Source: Methanobacteriota archaeon (GTDB lineage: Archaea > Thermoplasmatota > Poseidoniia > Poseidoniales > Poseidoniaceae). Taken from it: 64,000 nucleotides of DNA. The translations under genes were made by a program, and so were the position numbers. Each line of letters opens with the position of its first letter. Within the stretch, counting starts at the first letter, position 1. The notes beneath the pieces were generated by a model that had not been told where the DNA came from, searched no databases, and saw nothing but the letters and a program-made list of their open reading frames with translations. The stretch is from contig JABIGM010000050.1 of the NCBI GenBank assembly GCA_018650165.1, positions 46,119 to 110,118 on the forward strand. Reading direction: 5' to 3'. Shown piece by piece: positions 9,253 to 19,200 of the stretch.

Positions 9253-12053
9253 TACTTACCATCCTCCATTTTTCTTTGCTCGATTTTAGTCCAAGCACTA
9301 CCTGCAAGGCCAAGCCCCTCTAATTGTTCAGAGGTAGGCCTCACTGCGATTTTCCAATCTCCATCTTGGTCCTCGGGGGGAACGGTTGGGTCAAATCCAA
9401 ATAATACTCCATTGATGTAAGGGTCGGTATCTTCTGAACGCTGACGGCGACTATCTCTTCCTCCGTGTTGTGAAGAACGCTGAACAATTTTTTGCTGTAA
9501 CTCAGAGAAATCTAAACGTGGCGTAGGTAGGTCTTGGGCCTCAGCAATGTCTTCTCTCTTCATTTTCTTTGCAATTGCTGCCCAAACCTTGTCTGGTGTC
9601 AAAGGTAAATCATTGATTCTGATTCCAATTGCATCGTAAACTGCATTTACCACTGCAGGGAGAATTGGTAGAAGTGGGCCTTCTCCTGCTTCTTTAGCCC
9701 CGAATGGCCCTTCTGGGTCACATGATTCAATTATTATTGGAGTTACATTTGGCATTTCGTGAACACTTGGGATCTTGTAATCAAGTAAATTTGGATTCTG
9801 TAGATGACCGGTTCTCCCATACACCATTTGTTCTGAAAGCACCTGACCCAGACCCATATGGCAAGAACCGATGATTTGCCCTTCTACTGCGAGTGGATTC
9901 AGTGCTTTACCACAATCATGAGCGGCCCAAACATCTGTACATTTGATGAGTCCTGTTTCAACATCAACATCAACTTCGGCAACATAGGCTGAAAACGAAT
10001 ATGCAGGAGCAAGGCCCGCTGCTGCACCTTTGTGAACTCCTCCCATCGGCGGTGTTCTGTACGCACCACTAGCAATTAGCGCACCTTTGTCCTCTTGTGA
10101 TTTATGCAATGCCTCGAGATAAGAAACTCCAATCGCGGGGTCTCTTTTACTGTAAATTCTCCTGTCGTTCAGTATCAAATATTCCGCCGGCATATCCAAT
10201 ATGCCACTCGCCGCATCCACCAATTGCTCACGAATTTCGAGTGCTGCACTGATGGCAGCATTCGCATTCATGAATGTGACTCGAGATGAATATGAGCCTA
10301 AATCAACTGGACTAGTATCGCTTTCATGGGAGCGAACATGTATCATTTCCAATGGGAGTGCTAACACTTCTGCAACCACTTGGGCTATAGCAGTAGTAGA
10401 CCCTTGTCCAATATCTGCAGCACCGGTATGAACTGTAACGCCTCCATCCATATCAATCTGGATATGTACGGTCGCATGAGGGAATTTATTTGGATCCCAA
10501 TGAATAGGAAGTCCAGACCCTGATATGAAGAAACCACATCCGATTCCGATTCCCTTTCCTAAAGGTAATTTCCTGAACTTAGAATCCCACTGGCTACCTT
10601 CGCGCACTCGCTCTAATGCTTGCCGCATACCATTCGATGTAATTCTGAATCCAGTAATTGTTTTTGAATGTGGAGGTAATAAATTTGCTAACCGTAAATC
10701 GATAGGATCTACTTGTAATTTTTCAGCCAAATCATCCATACCTACTTCGATTGCACATCTAGTGTTCACAGCACCATGGCCGCGCATTGCTCCACTAGCC
10801 GGTTTGTTTGTCCAAACACGAGCACCGGTATAATGGAAGGAACCTAACTCGTATGGAGCGGTTGCTAAAACACCATTGTAGTAAGAAGTGACGTGGCCAA
10901 AAGACGCAAATCCGCCTCCGTCAATCAAAGCATCAATCTCAAATCCGGAAATTCTCGCATCCTCATCTGCAAACATTTGTACTTCGATGTGAGAGGGATG
11001 GCGTCCACGATTTACCCAAAAGACCTCTTCTCTGTCAAAAGTAATTCTAACTGGGCGCCCCGCTTTTCTGGCTAAAATCGCCGCACACATTTCATGCGGG
11101 AAAGGATCTGACTTTCCACCAAATCCACCGCCAACAAATGTTCGTATCACGTTGACCTGGTGCATTGGGACATCTAGAACAGTCGCTAGAGCTCTGTGTG
11201 CATAGTGCGGTACTTGCTGGGGGGTGTACAGTTGTAGACGCCCGTTTGAATCCCAATGAGCAACAACAGCATGGGGTTCGGTGAAGCCATGATTGACACC
11301 CATGAATTTCCATTTGCCATGGTGTGTTGCTCTGGCTTGTTCTAATTTGGAACGGTCACCAAACTCTTGGAAAACTCTTTTTTGAACATTGGTGGAGCCA
11401 ATGTGATATTGCCCGCGCCAATGGATTGGATCATCAACGTCCAATAATCCCTTTTTGGGGTCATGAACCGCATCTAGAACTTCATATTCCACTTCGATTA
11501 ATGCCGCCGCTTCACGAGCAGTTGGTTCGTCAATTGCAGCAACACAAGCCACAAGGTCCCCTACATGCCTGACTTTTTCAACAGCCATTGCGTGTTCATC
11601 TTTTGTCACCGGTAGTACACCAAAGCGCTGCGGTGCATCAGCACCTGTAGACACCGCTAAAACGCCCGGTAGTGCTTCGGCTTTGGAAGTATCAATACTC
11701 TTAACCTTAGCATAATGATGAGGTGAACGAACAATTCTTCCAATTATTTCATTTGGCAATCGCACATCATCACCATACCATGCCTGGCCCGTAACTTTGG
11801 CATTACCATCAACTAAAGGAGTTCTTTTTCCAACAGATGTTCCAGTCCTGTATTTATCATGAAGATGTTGACCTGCCGGCTGTGATTCATTTCCGCCTTC
11901 AACTTCTGGGATGAAATCCATGTCTCTATCGGCCATTTCGGGCCTTGAACCACCTGAACCGGGAGGATTAAATTTAATTTTACCTGCAACACGCTTTCCA
12001 TCAACACGAACATCAGTGTTGCTTCCAGGTTGTTGAACATAGCCATCAGTCAT
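9252..12053 (-). CDS. Molybdenum hydroxylase large (CoxL/XdhA-like) molybdopterin-binding subunit with N- and C-terminal extensions.
   Basis: a/b hammerhead region 'GKRTPLVDGNAKVTGQAWYGDD', 'GGGFGGKSD', 'GQGSTTAIAQVVAEVL', 'NPLAVEGQIIGSCHMGLGQVL'. There is about 120 aa of extra C-terminal sequence. Confidence 0.85.
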   Translation of the reverse strand: MTDGYVQQPGSNTDVRVDGKRVAGKIKFNPPGSGGSRPEMADRDMDFIPEVEGGNESQPAGQHLHDKYRTGTSVGKRTPLVDGNAKVTGQAWYGDDVRLPNEIIGRIVRSPHHYAKVKSIDTSKAEALPGVLAVSTGADAPQRFGVLPVTKDEHAMAVEKVRHVGDLVACVAAIDEPTAREAAALIEVEYEVLDAVHDPKKGLLDVDDPIHWRGQYHIGSTNVQKRVFQEFGDRSKLEQARATHHGKWKFMGVNHGFTEPHAVVAHWDSNGRLQLYTPQQVPHYAHRALATVLDVPMHQVNVIRTFVGGGFGGKSDPFPHEMCAAILARKAGRPVRITFDREEVFWVNRGRHPSHIEVQMFADEDARISGFEIDALIDGGGFASFGHVTSYYNGVLATAPYELGSFHYTGARVWTNKPASGAMRGHGAVNTRCAIEVGMDDLAEKLQVDPIDLRLANLLPPHSKTITGFRITSNGMRQALERVREGSQWDSKFRKLPLGKGIGIGCGFFISGSGLPIHWDPNKFPHATVHIQIDMDGGVTVHTGAADIGQGSTTAIAQVVAEVLALPLEMIHVRSHESDTSPVDLGSYSSRVTFMNANAAISAALEIREQLVDAASGILDMPAEYLILNDRRIYSKRDPAIGVSYLEALHKSQEDKGALIASGAYRTPPMGGVHKGAAAGLAPAYSFSAYVAEVDVDVETGLIKCTDVWAAHDCGKALNPLAVEGQIIGSCHMGLGQVLSEQMVYGRTGHLQNPNLLDYKIPSVHEMPNVTPIIIESCDPEGPFGAKEAGEGPLLPILPAVVNAVYDAIGIRINDLPLTPDKVWAAIAKKMKREDIAEAQDLPTPRLDFSELQQKIVQRSSQHGGRDSRRQRSEDTDPYINGVLFGFDPTVPPEDQDGDWKIAVRPTSEQLEGLGLAGSAWTKIEQRKMEDGK

Positions 12054-12070
12054 TGTAACACCTCATTTGA

Positions 12071-12658
12071 CTAATTTGGACCTGAAGGATGGGGGTCAGA
12101 GTGGGCTGAACTCGCAGGCTTTGCCGGTGAAGCATCTCCTCTATGGATCTCAGCCGCTGCTTGGATTGATTGAATTATTTGCTGATATCCTGTACAGCGA
12201 CAAAGATTACCTTCGATAGCAGTTGATATCTCTGCATCGGTAGGATTAGGATTCTTATCGAGCAGTGCTTGAGAGGAAATTAAGAAACCAGGCGTACAAA
12301 AGCCACATTGGGAACCTCCATGCTCTGCAAAACATTGCTGAATCGGTGCGAGGTGAGCGCCATCAGCAAGCCCTTCAACTGTCGTGATTGTGCTGCCTTG
12401 TACATCTTGAGCCATGGTAAGGCAAGATAAACGTGGTTGGCCATCTACCATCACTGCGCAGCAACCACATGTCCCCATGTCACAACCGCGCTTCACTCCG
12501 AGGCATCCAACTTTATCTCTAAGGACATCTAGTAAGACTGCATTAGAAGGGGCTAACACCTCTTGAGGTTGCCCATTAACCTCTGAGTTCCAAACTTTAG
12601 TATGTGCCGCTGGAATCATAGAAACATGCTCATCACCTACCATCTGAGACACCAACAA
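12071..12658 (-). CDS. Molybdenum hydroxylase [2Fe-2S] small (CoxS-like) subunit. The start is probably the internal Met at about 12619.
   Basis: 'CDMGTCGCCAVMVDGQPRLSCLTMA' is the plant-type 2Fe-2S site. 'GSQCGFCTPGFLIS...LCRCTGYQQI' is the second 2Fe-2S site. Confidence 0.85.
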   Translation of the reverse strand: MLVSQMVGDEHVSMIPAAHTKVWNSEVNGQPQEVLAPSNAVLLDVLRDKVGCLGVKRGCDMGTCGCCAVMVDGQPRLSCLTMAQDVQGSTITTVEGLADGAHLAPIQQCFAEHGGSQCGFCTPGFLISSQALLDKNPNPTDAEISTAIEGNLCRCTGYQQIIQSIQAAAEIHRGDASPAKPASSAHSDPHPSGPN

Positions 12659-12738
12659 CCCATGGGAAGTCGAATCACCCTTTCAGCGTTGGCACGATTG
12701 GATAATAATTTGAGATGATGAAAAACAATAGTTCTAGA

Positions 12739-14214
12739 TTATTTTCTTGATGAAACTACCGTGTAATCTTCTGACCCGGCCTTTGGATTATCCCAATCAT
12801 CATCTCCCGGCAATACTAATCCATCTCCAATTGCTACCAAATCAAATGCTAGTTTAATTTGGTCGCTACAAAGTTTACTCCAATCGAAGGATGGGTCTCT
12901 CCATTTCATCCACAATCGCATTCTTCTCCACGCGATTGTTCCTCTAGAATAGAGTTTCATCTGTAATTTACCAGCCATAGGCATCCACCATAGCATCAAC
13001 GGGAATACCGCATAAGCGGGAAGTGAAAACAGAAATTCGAGAGTTACACTATATTCTGCAAACTGGGCAATAGGACTTGTATCTGAAAGTAAAGCCCAGG
13101 TGAATACACCTGCTGCAAGCATCCACCAGATTGGATAAACTACAAATGCAGTATAGAGTTTCAAAGCACCTCGGCTAGATTCTTTGAATCTTGGCCCAAA
13201 TATTCTATCACCTGAAAATACCATTAGGTAGGGTGGAATTGAACCAATTATTGCACTCAAGGTAACAAACCCAACCATAAATGACCATGCAAATAGCCAC
13301 CACCAAATCGATATCAGAAATCCTTTACTCGTTACAGATTTTGGTCGAGAATCAACATGTCTCGGTTTGAGATTATAGGAATCAAGTAGTTCGACGTGCT
13401 CTCTAGTGCGCTGTTCTAACGCCTTACTTTTTGCAGCATCGTTTAGTGCCAGCCATTCCCAGGCTGCTCTGACTCTTCTTGCACCAAGTATGTCTTCTCC
13501 ATAACTAGAGCGCTGTTTTAGATCGGGGGTTTTACGCAAGCGTTCAGCGCGAATAATTGAGCGAGCATTCCAAATTAATTCCCTATCATTCCAGTTCTCT
13601 CTTGAAAGTGATGCACGCGATATCTCACCTGAAATTATTTCGCTCAATCCTTCTACTGAGCCACTAATTTCTATAGGCCTTTCAACTGTCAGAGCGACCC
13701 GTTCACGGAAGTAAGACTTGCGGCTATAATGAATCCCGACTGGAATTACTACAGGCTTTTCATCACCAGCTAATTCATTGGCGCGTAATGCAATTTTCGC
13801 TGCACAATCTCGAATCGCTTTTGCACGGGGAAGGTCGTGAGATTCGCCCTCTGGAAATACAACTACACTTGACCCTGCAGCGATTTGTGATGCGATTACT
13901 TCTAATTCCTCGTCATCATCTACCACTCCGTCGAATTTGACCTGGTCACCTCTTAGTAGCCCCTTGGTCAACATTTTATCAAACAAGCCACCTGGGTGCC
14001 AAGATACGATAATTGAGCCTCTGTCTTTTGAAATGTTATCTGCATCTATTATGCTTATTTCACGAAACCACGTGGCCATCAAAACTCGACTAAACCAGTT
14101 TTGCAGCCCCATGATTGGTCCTGTGCGGCTGAGGCTTTCACTTCTCGCCCGTTTTAGCAATAAATAAGAGGGTTCAAACAGTATTGCCGGTTCGAGCGAA
14201 TCAGAGTACAACAA
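12739..14214 (-). CDS. Membrane-bound acyltransferase of the PlsC/GPAT family: an N-terminal acyltransferase domain and a C-terminal multi-TM domain.
   Basis: 'SWHPGGLFD' is HX4-5D-like and 'VVVFPEGESH' is FPEG-like motif III. The C-terminal 180 aa are hydrophobic. Confidence 0.5.
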   Translation of the reverse strand: MLYSDSLEPAILFEPSYLLLKRARSESLSRTGPIMGLQNWFSRVLMATWFREISIIDADNISKDRGSIIVSWHPGGLFDKMLTKGLLRGDQVKFDGVVDDDEELEVIASQIAAGSSVVVFPEGESHDLPRAKAIRDCAAKIALRANELAGDEKPVVIPVGIHYSRKSYFRERVALTVERPIEISGSVEGLSEIISGEISRASLSRENWNDRELIWNARSIIRAERLRKTPDLKQRSSYGEDILGARRVRAAWEWLALNDAAKSKALEQRTREHVELLDSYNLKPRHVDSRPKSVTSKGFLISIWWWLFAWSFMVGFVTLSAIIGSIPPYLMVFSGDRIFGPRFKESSRGALKLYTAFVVYPIWWMLAAGVFTWALLSDTSPIAQFAEYSVTLEFLFSLPAYAVFPLMLWWMPMAGKLQMKLYSRGTIAWRRMRLWMKWRDPSFDWSKLCSDQIKLAFDLVAIGDGLVLPGDDDWDNPKAGSEDYTVVSSRK

Positions 14215-14250
14215 CCTGTACTACAGATTCCTCCTAATGGCGGTGAAGTT

Positions 14251-16185
14251 ATGAACAACTACAAGCAAATTTTCAGTTTATTCGGAATTGCAATTCTTTT
14301 GGCGCCCTTGGCTGTTGCGACTGTTCCAGTTTCAACATCAACTAATGGTGATGAAGAGCCATTAGGATGGTGGACTGAGACAACTGTTGACCGAAATAAA
14401 AACAAGGTTGGAGACATGGTTGAGCTTCATATCGACAATCCTATTTTCTTAGATGAAGAAAATACATTACCTTTGATTATCGACTTTCACTATACACCTG
14501 GCCAAGATGAAATAGACATGCTAAGGGTTAGTGTAGATTATCAACATCAATTCATTCTCCACGGAATCGATGCACTAGCAGGAAGAGTCCCAGTAACTGA
14601 ATTGCTTACACTGAGAGACCTTCCGGGAGTTGTAATGGTCGAATTAGATGGTGTCCTCACTATTGCAAATGCAGATGCTCGTGCTGGTCATGGCGTTGAT
14701 ATGGCATTCGAAGAAACCGGATATGATGGCTCGGGAACAACTGTTGCTATTATTGACACAGGCCTAGATGGCAATCATACCAGTATTGATGATCAAGACG
14801 ATGACCCGGTGACTGATGACCCTAAAATTCTGGCATTCTATGATGCAGTTGCTAATGCTGGTAATACCAATGGCACTGATTTCCCATACGATGACCATGG
14901 ACACGGTTCACACTGTGGAGGAACAACTGCAGGAACTGGAGCTCCTACCTACGAGCATGTAGGGATGGCACCTCAAGCCCATCTAGTTGGCGTCAAAGTT
15001 CTCGATGGAGGTGGCTCAGGGTCTTTCGCTGGAGTTATGGCGGGGATGCAATGGACTATCGATACAATGCACCAATACAATACAAGAGCCGCTTCTATGA
15101 GCCTAGGTGGCCCAGGTGGAATCGAATGGACTTCATCAGAAGAAGACAGTGTTAATCGCCAAGCCAATGAAATGGTACGCGCCGGTATTGCGCTATTTAT
15201 TGCAGCCGGTAATACTGCATTTAGTGCCCAAATCGGAACTCCTGGTTCGGCTGAAGATGTAATCACCGTTGGTGCTTTAGACAAGAATACTGCTATTGCA
15301 ATTTATTCGAGCCAAGGCCCAACTGAAGAAGGGCGTGTCAAACCTAACATCGCATACATGGGTAGTGACATTATGTCTGTTGCAGCAAATACTGGCGACC
15401 AATACACCGGTATGAGCGGTACAAGTATGGCTACACCGGGAGCCGCTGGTGTTGGAGCATTGATGTTACAGGCGAACCCCGATTTATCTCCATTCGATAT
15501 TAGAAATATTATGCAAGAAACCGCTACATATCGACAATGTCATTACATGGGTGCAAATGAGCCTTGTCCTGAAGATTTGATCCCTAAAAATCGGCAAAAC
15601 AATGTTTATGGCCACGGCCACGTCAATGCTCTTGAATCGGTAATAGAGGCTGCTGAATATCAGCAGCAATGGAACTTTGATCGCAATATTACCCTGAATG
15701 TAAGTAATTCATTGAATTCAAATGGCCATGTATACTTAGGCCCTGGAGATTCGATTGAGATAAGATTGAACCAAGGTGTAGACACCGTCCAATGGATGAG
15801 CAATGATTTGAGAGATTCATGGTCTAACATTCATTCATACGACCACGGCAGCACGGTTATTCTCGAATATGATGAAATTGTTCACGAACTCGAACATCTC
15901 CCCGGAATTATGCTAGAAGGCAATCACACACTATCGATGAGAGGACTAGAGGGGACTAGTTCAAGTCCTTTGATTTCTATCGACATTATGTTAGGTGAAA
16001 ATATCCCAGTAGAAGATCCCGCAGAAGGTTCAACGAATTTCGTGCTATATGGTTCTGTAATTGCGGCCATATTACTTACAATAATCATTCTTGCGGCGAC
16101 ATTAACCAATAGGAATGAATCTGAATTCAACACTAGTGACGACTCTGATATCCAAGAAGTGGTGGATGCTGAAATAATCTCCTAG
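14251..16185 (+). CDS. Subtilisin-like (S8, halolysin-like) serine protease with a signal peptide, a C-terminal TM anchor and an acidic tail.
   Basis: Catalytic triad motifs 'VAIIDTGLD' (Asp), 'HGHGSHCGGTTAG' (His), 'GMSGTSMATPGAAG' (Ser). Signal peptide 'ILLAPLAVATVP'. C-terminal TM 'VLYGSVIAAILLTIIILAATL'. Confidence 0.85.
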   Translation: MNNYKQIFSLFGIAILLAPLAVATVPVSTSTNGDEEPLGWWTETTVDRNKNKVGDMVELHIDNPIFLDEENTLPLIIDFHYTPGQDEIDMLRVSVDYQHQFILHGIDALAGRVPVTELLTLRDLPGVVMVELDGVLTIANADARAGHGVDMAFEETGYDGSGTTVAIIDTGLDGNHTSIDDQDDDPVTDDPKILAFYDAVANAGNTNGTDFPYDDHGHGSHCGGTTAGTGAPTYEHVGMAPQAHLVGVKVLDGGGSGSFAGVMAGMQWTIDTMHQYNTRAASMSLGGPGGIEWTSSEEDSVNRQANEMVRAGIALFIAAGNTAFSAQIGTPGSAEDVITVGALDKNTAIAIYSSQGPTEEGRVKPNIAYMGSDIMSVAANTGDQYTGMSGTSMATPGAAGVGALMLQANPDLSPFDIRNIMQETATYRQCHYMGANEPCPEDLIPKNRQNNVYGHGHVNALESVIEAAEYQQQWNFDRNITLNVSNSLNSNGHVYLGPGDSIEIRLNQGVDTVQWMSNDLRDSWSNIHSYDHGSTVILEYDEIVHELEHLPGIMLEGNHTLSMRGLEGTSSSPLISIDIMLGENIPVEDPAEGSTNFVLYGSVIAAILLTIIILAATLTNRNESEFNTSDDSDIQEVVDAEIIS

Positions 16186-16245
16186 AATCGTAATTTCTCC
16201 ATGTTTACCGGCTCAACATTGAAAAGCCGTTATGCAAAATCATAG

Positions 16246-19200
16246 ATGAGAAATATGTCTAATCTACCATCTCGGCCTCAAAGGCCGACAGGAAAACAGA
16301 ATCTTTCTGCACGAATTGGAAACCTTTCTGCAAATGCAATCCTTGCACCTCCGGTGACTATGGGGACTGTTGGACAAGCACCAGTAAATGCGGTAAACTC
16401 TGGAATGCAAAAATTTGCTCAATTGATTCTATTTGCAATTGCAATGATTGCGATATGGGCAGGACTTCTCTCCATTGCCTTTGGTGGCGATGAACAAACC
16501 CAAATGAATTTCCTAGTCCTTGGAATTGGAGGAATTTTATCAGGTGTTTTGGCGATTAGCCTAGTCGAGTTTCAAGTTAGGAAGGGGGGAAATGAATTAC
16601 AAAATGTCCACGATTATATGCTTGGAGTAGCATTTTTCTTCTTAGCAGTGGGCACTCTATGGGGCACTAGATGGCTTATTGGGTTCTTAGCGGGGCAAGA
16701 GGTACATTGGCTTATTCCCGAGGGAACAGACCCCTTGGATAGTGGCTGGATTCCATCTGCAAATGCAATATATTTGCAAATGGCTGCGACTTTAGCACTT
16801 GCTTTGGCACAGACATTCTACCTCATGCGACTGAAAGGAGTAACTACCTTTGGATGGTCAGTAACAACATTTACTCCTCTTGTAGTAGCCCTTATTGGTT
16901 CAAGCATCTGGATGGAGTGGTCAGATAACATAGTATCATGGGAGTTAGGTATCGCAATGATTTCATTAGCCTCGCTTTCGATGTGGCTATCTCTACGTGC
17001 AAATAGTGGAATAATATTCTCGGTAGTAGCTGTAACCTCAGGCCTATTACCGATGCTCTACGAATATAATAACGAAGATGTAGGGTCGGGCGGAGCTCTC
17101 TCGCTTTTGGTATTCATCATTGCAGTACAGGGAATTCTAGCAGCAGATAGAAGGCTCCGGCAAGATTTGATGCAATGGACTTCAGCTTTATTAGTTGGAG
17201 AAGTTGTACTAGCAATGATACTTGCACGAGATGCAGATTTCGAATTGATTCTTGGACCAATTCGTCAATCGGAACTTGGATCTCTTGAACCATATCTCAC
17301 ATTACAAGTTGGTTTATGGATGACAGTACTAGTTGCATATTTCCCTGCAACTCTCAAGCGGAGAATTCCTTACATGCCAATAGGCCTAGCAGGCTCTCTA
17401 TTCATAATCAGTTCATCCGCAGGCTTAATCCCATGGATTGTAACTTTGGTAATGCTACCGTACCTATTGGTGATATCCAAGGTCACAAGACAGTGGGTGG
17501 CCAATTGTACAATGATCGCTACTGGATTCTCCTTCTTCATACAATCACACTGGATGGGAGGATTTGAGCCAGGTTGGTTGGAAGCAACAATTCTGATTGT
17601 AGTCTTGGCTAGTGGGGAAGTTGGAAGACAAAAAGGCCACCTCTCCGACTGGGCACACTTCGTCACTTTGGGACTTTTAGTAATTTCAAAATCCGTTCTA
17701 TTTGGAGACGACCCGTATGTACCTTGGGCGATATTCATCTACGCTGTTGTTTCATCATACATGATGATGGTCAAATCCGAAGCAAATGGAAGCAAGCAAG
17801 ATGCTTTCGAAGCTTCATCCGCTACTGCTGGCTCGATGGTCATTGCTGTAATCCTCTCTTTATTCGATAGACTGGAAGTCCCACTCCCCTCAAATATTGC
17901 TGAAAATCTAGAAGGTTTCAATGTCACATTAGCATTAGTTGGTTTGATTGTATATGCATCGATGCGTAAATTCAGAACCATTGAATTAGACCTAGGTGTG
18001 ATGTTTAATTGGGCTGAAGGAAAAAGAAAATCAATGATGCCGGTATTTGATACTACCACTAATTCATGGGTGGTTGATAATGGAGGCGCATCTAGTGAGC
18101 CTGCTGATTATTCATGGGGGCCACTGGGGCGAATGAGTCTTATTGGACCAATGATTCTCTTCACGGTAGCACTTACTGCAGTAGGGCCTACTAACTTAGC
18201 AGAAAATATCATCTGGACCCTCCTATTGATCATTCCAATTGGAATAATTGTAAAGGAAGTTCTAGACGAAGAGCGGGCTTCTTCAACGGGAAGAATGATT
18301 GCCACATTCACAATGATTGCTGTGGCCGCACCTATGGCCTTAAGTTTGAACTTGGCAAGAGGAGAAACTGACGGTTTGATTTATTCTACTATTCTCTTTG
18401 ATTTGATGCTACTTGCTGGGCCATTAGGAGTATCGGTTTTGCTATCTAAAAAGGGTCTCAATGATGATTCGCTTAATCGTACAGCGGACATTGCCACTTT
18501 GATGGGGCTATTGGTCCTAGGATTATTCGATACCAGTGGTGGATTATTGTTCCTAACTATGTACATACTAGTATTCAGTAGAGCTGTGAAACATAGAGTT
18601 AATCTTGTATTATGCATAGCACCAATTGCTATACTATTATTCGGATTTGATTCATATGGAGATAGATTCGTTTCAGATGGTGCAATAGTTGGAGATATCT
18701 TATCCAAATTAGATATTATTTCTTACGACCCAAGTGAAATAACAATACTTGGGTTGAGTAGATTCTCATTCTTTGTTATGGCAACTACAAGTCTAATCAT
18801 ATTGGCACGAGGTGTGTTAGACCGTCAATATGGACTTGATGCAGGTGCCATTGAAGCGCCGATGACAGTACCTGCATTCTGGCTTACTCTTGGAATGTTT
18901 GGTGTATTACCCGAAGCGAGTTGGTTACTGTTAACAATGACAATATTAGTTACAATATACGCTTGGCTTGTTGGAAGAATTGAGATTATTCCATGGATAC
19001 CAACCTTGGCGTTAATTTCATTCCTTATTGGATTCACAAATGATTCTAATTTCAGTCATTTCGATGGAGGAGATGTTTTTGCTCACAGTTTATTGGGAAC
19101 TGGTTTATTCGCATTAACCCTCAATCAATTAAGTTCCAAAGGCTGGCTTTACAAATATGCTGATGAAGCGATTGATGATCAACTTGCCACGGCTACAATT

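Noticed and set aside
9252-12053. Calling the Mo-hydroxylase a carbon-monoxide dehydrogenase (coxL form I).
   Set aside because: I did not see the form-I CODH active-site loop (VAYRCSFR) in the L subunit, and no coxD/E/F/G accessory genes are present. I assigned only the family.
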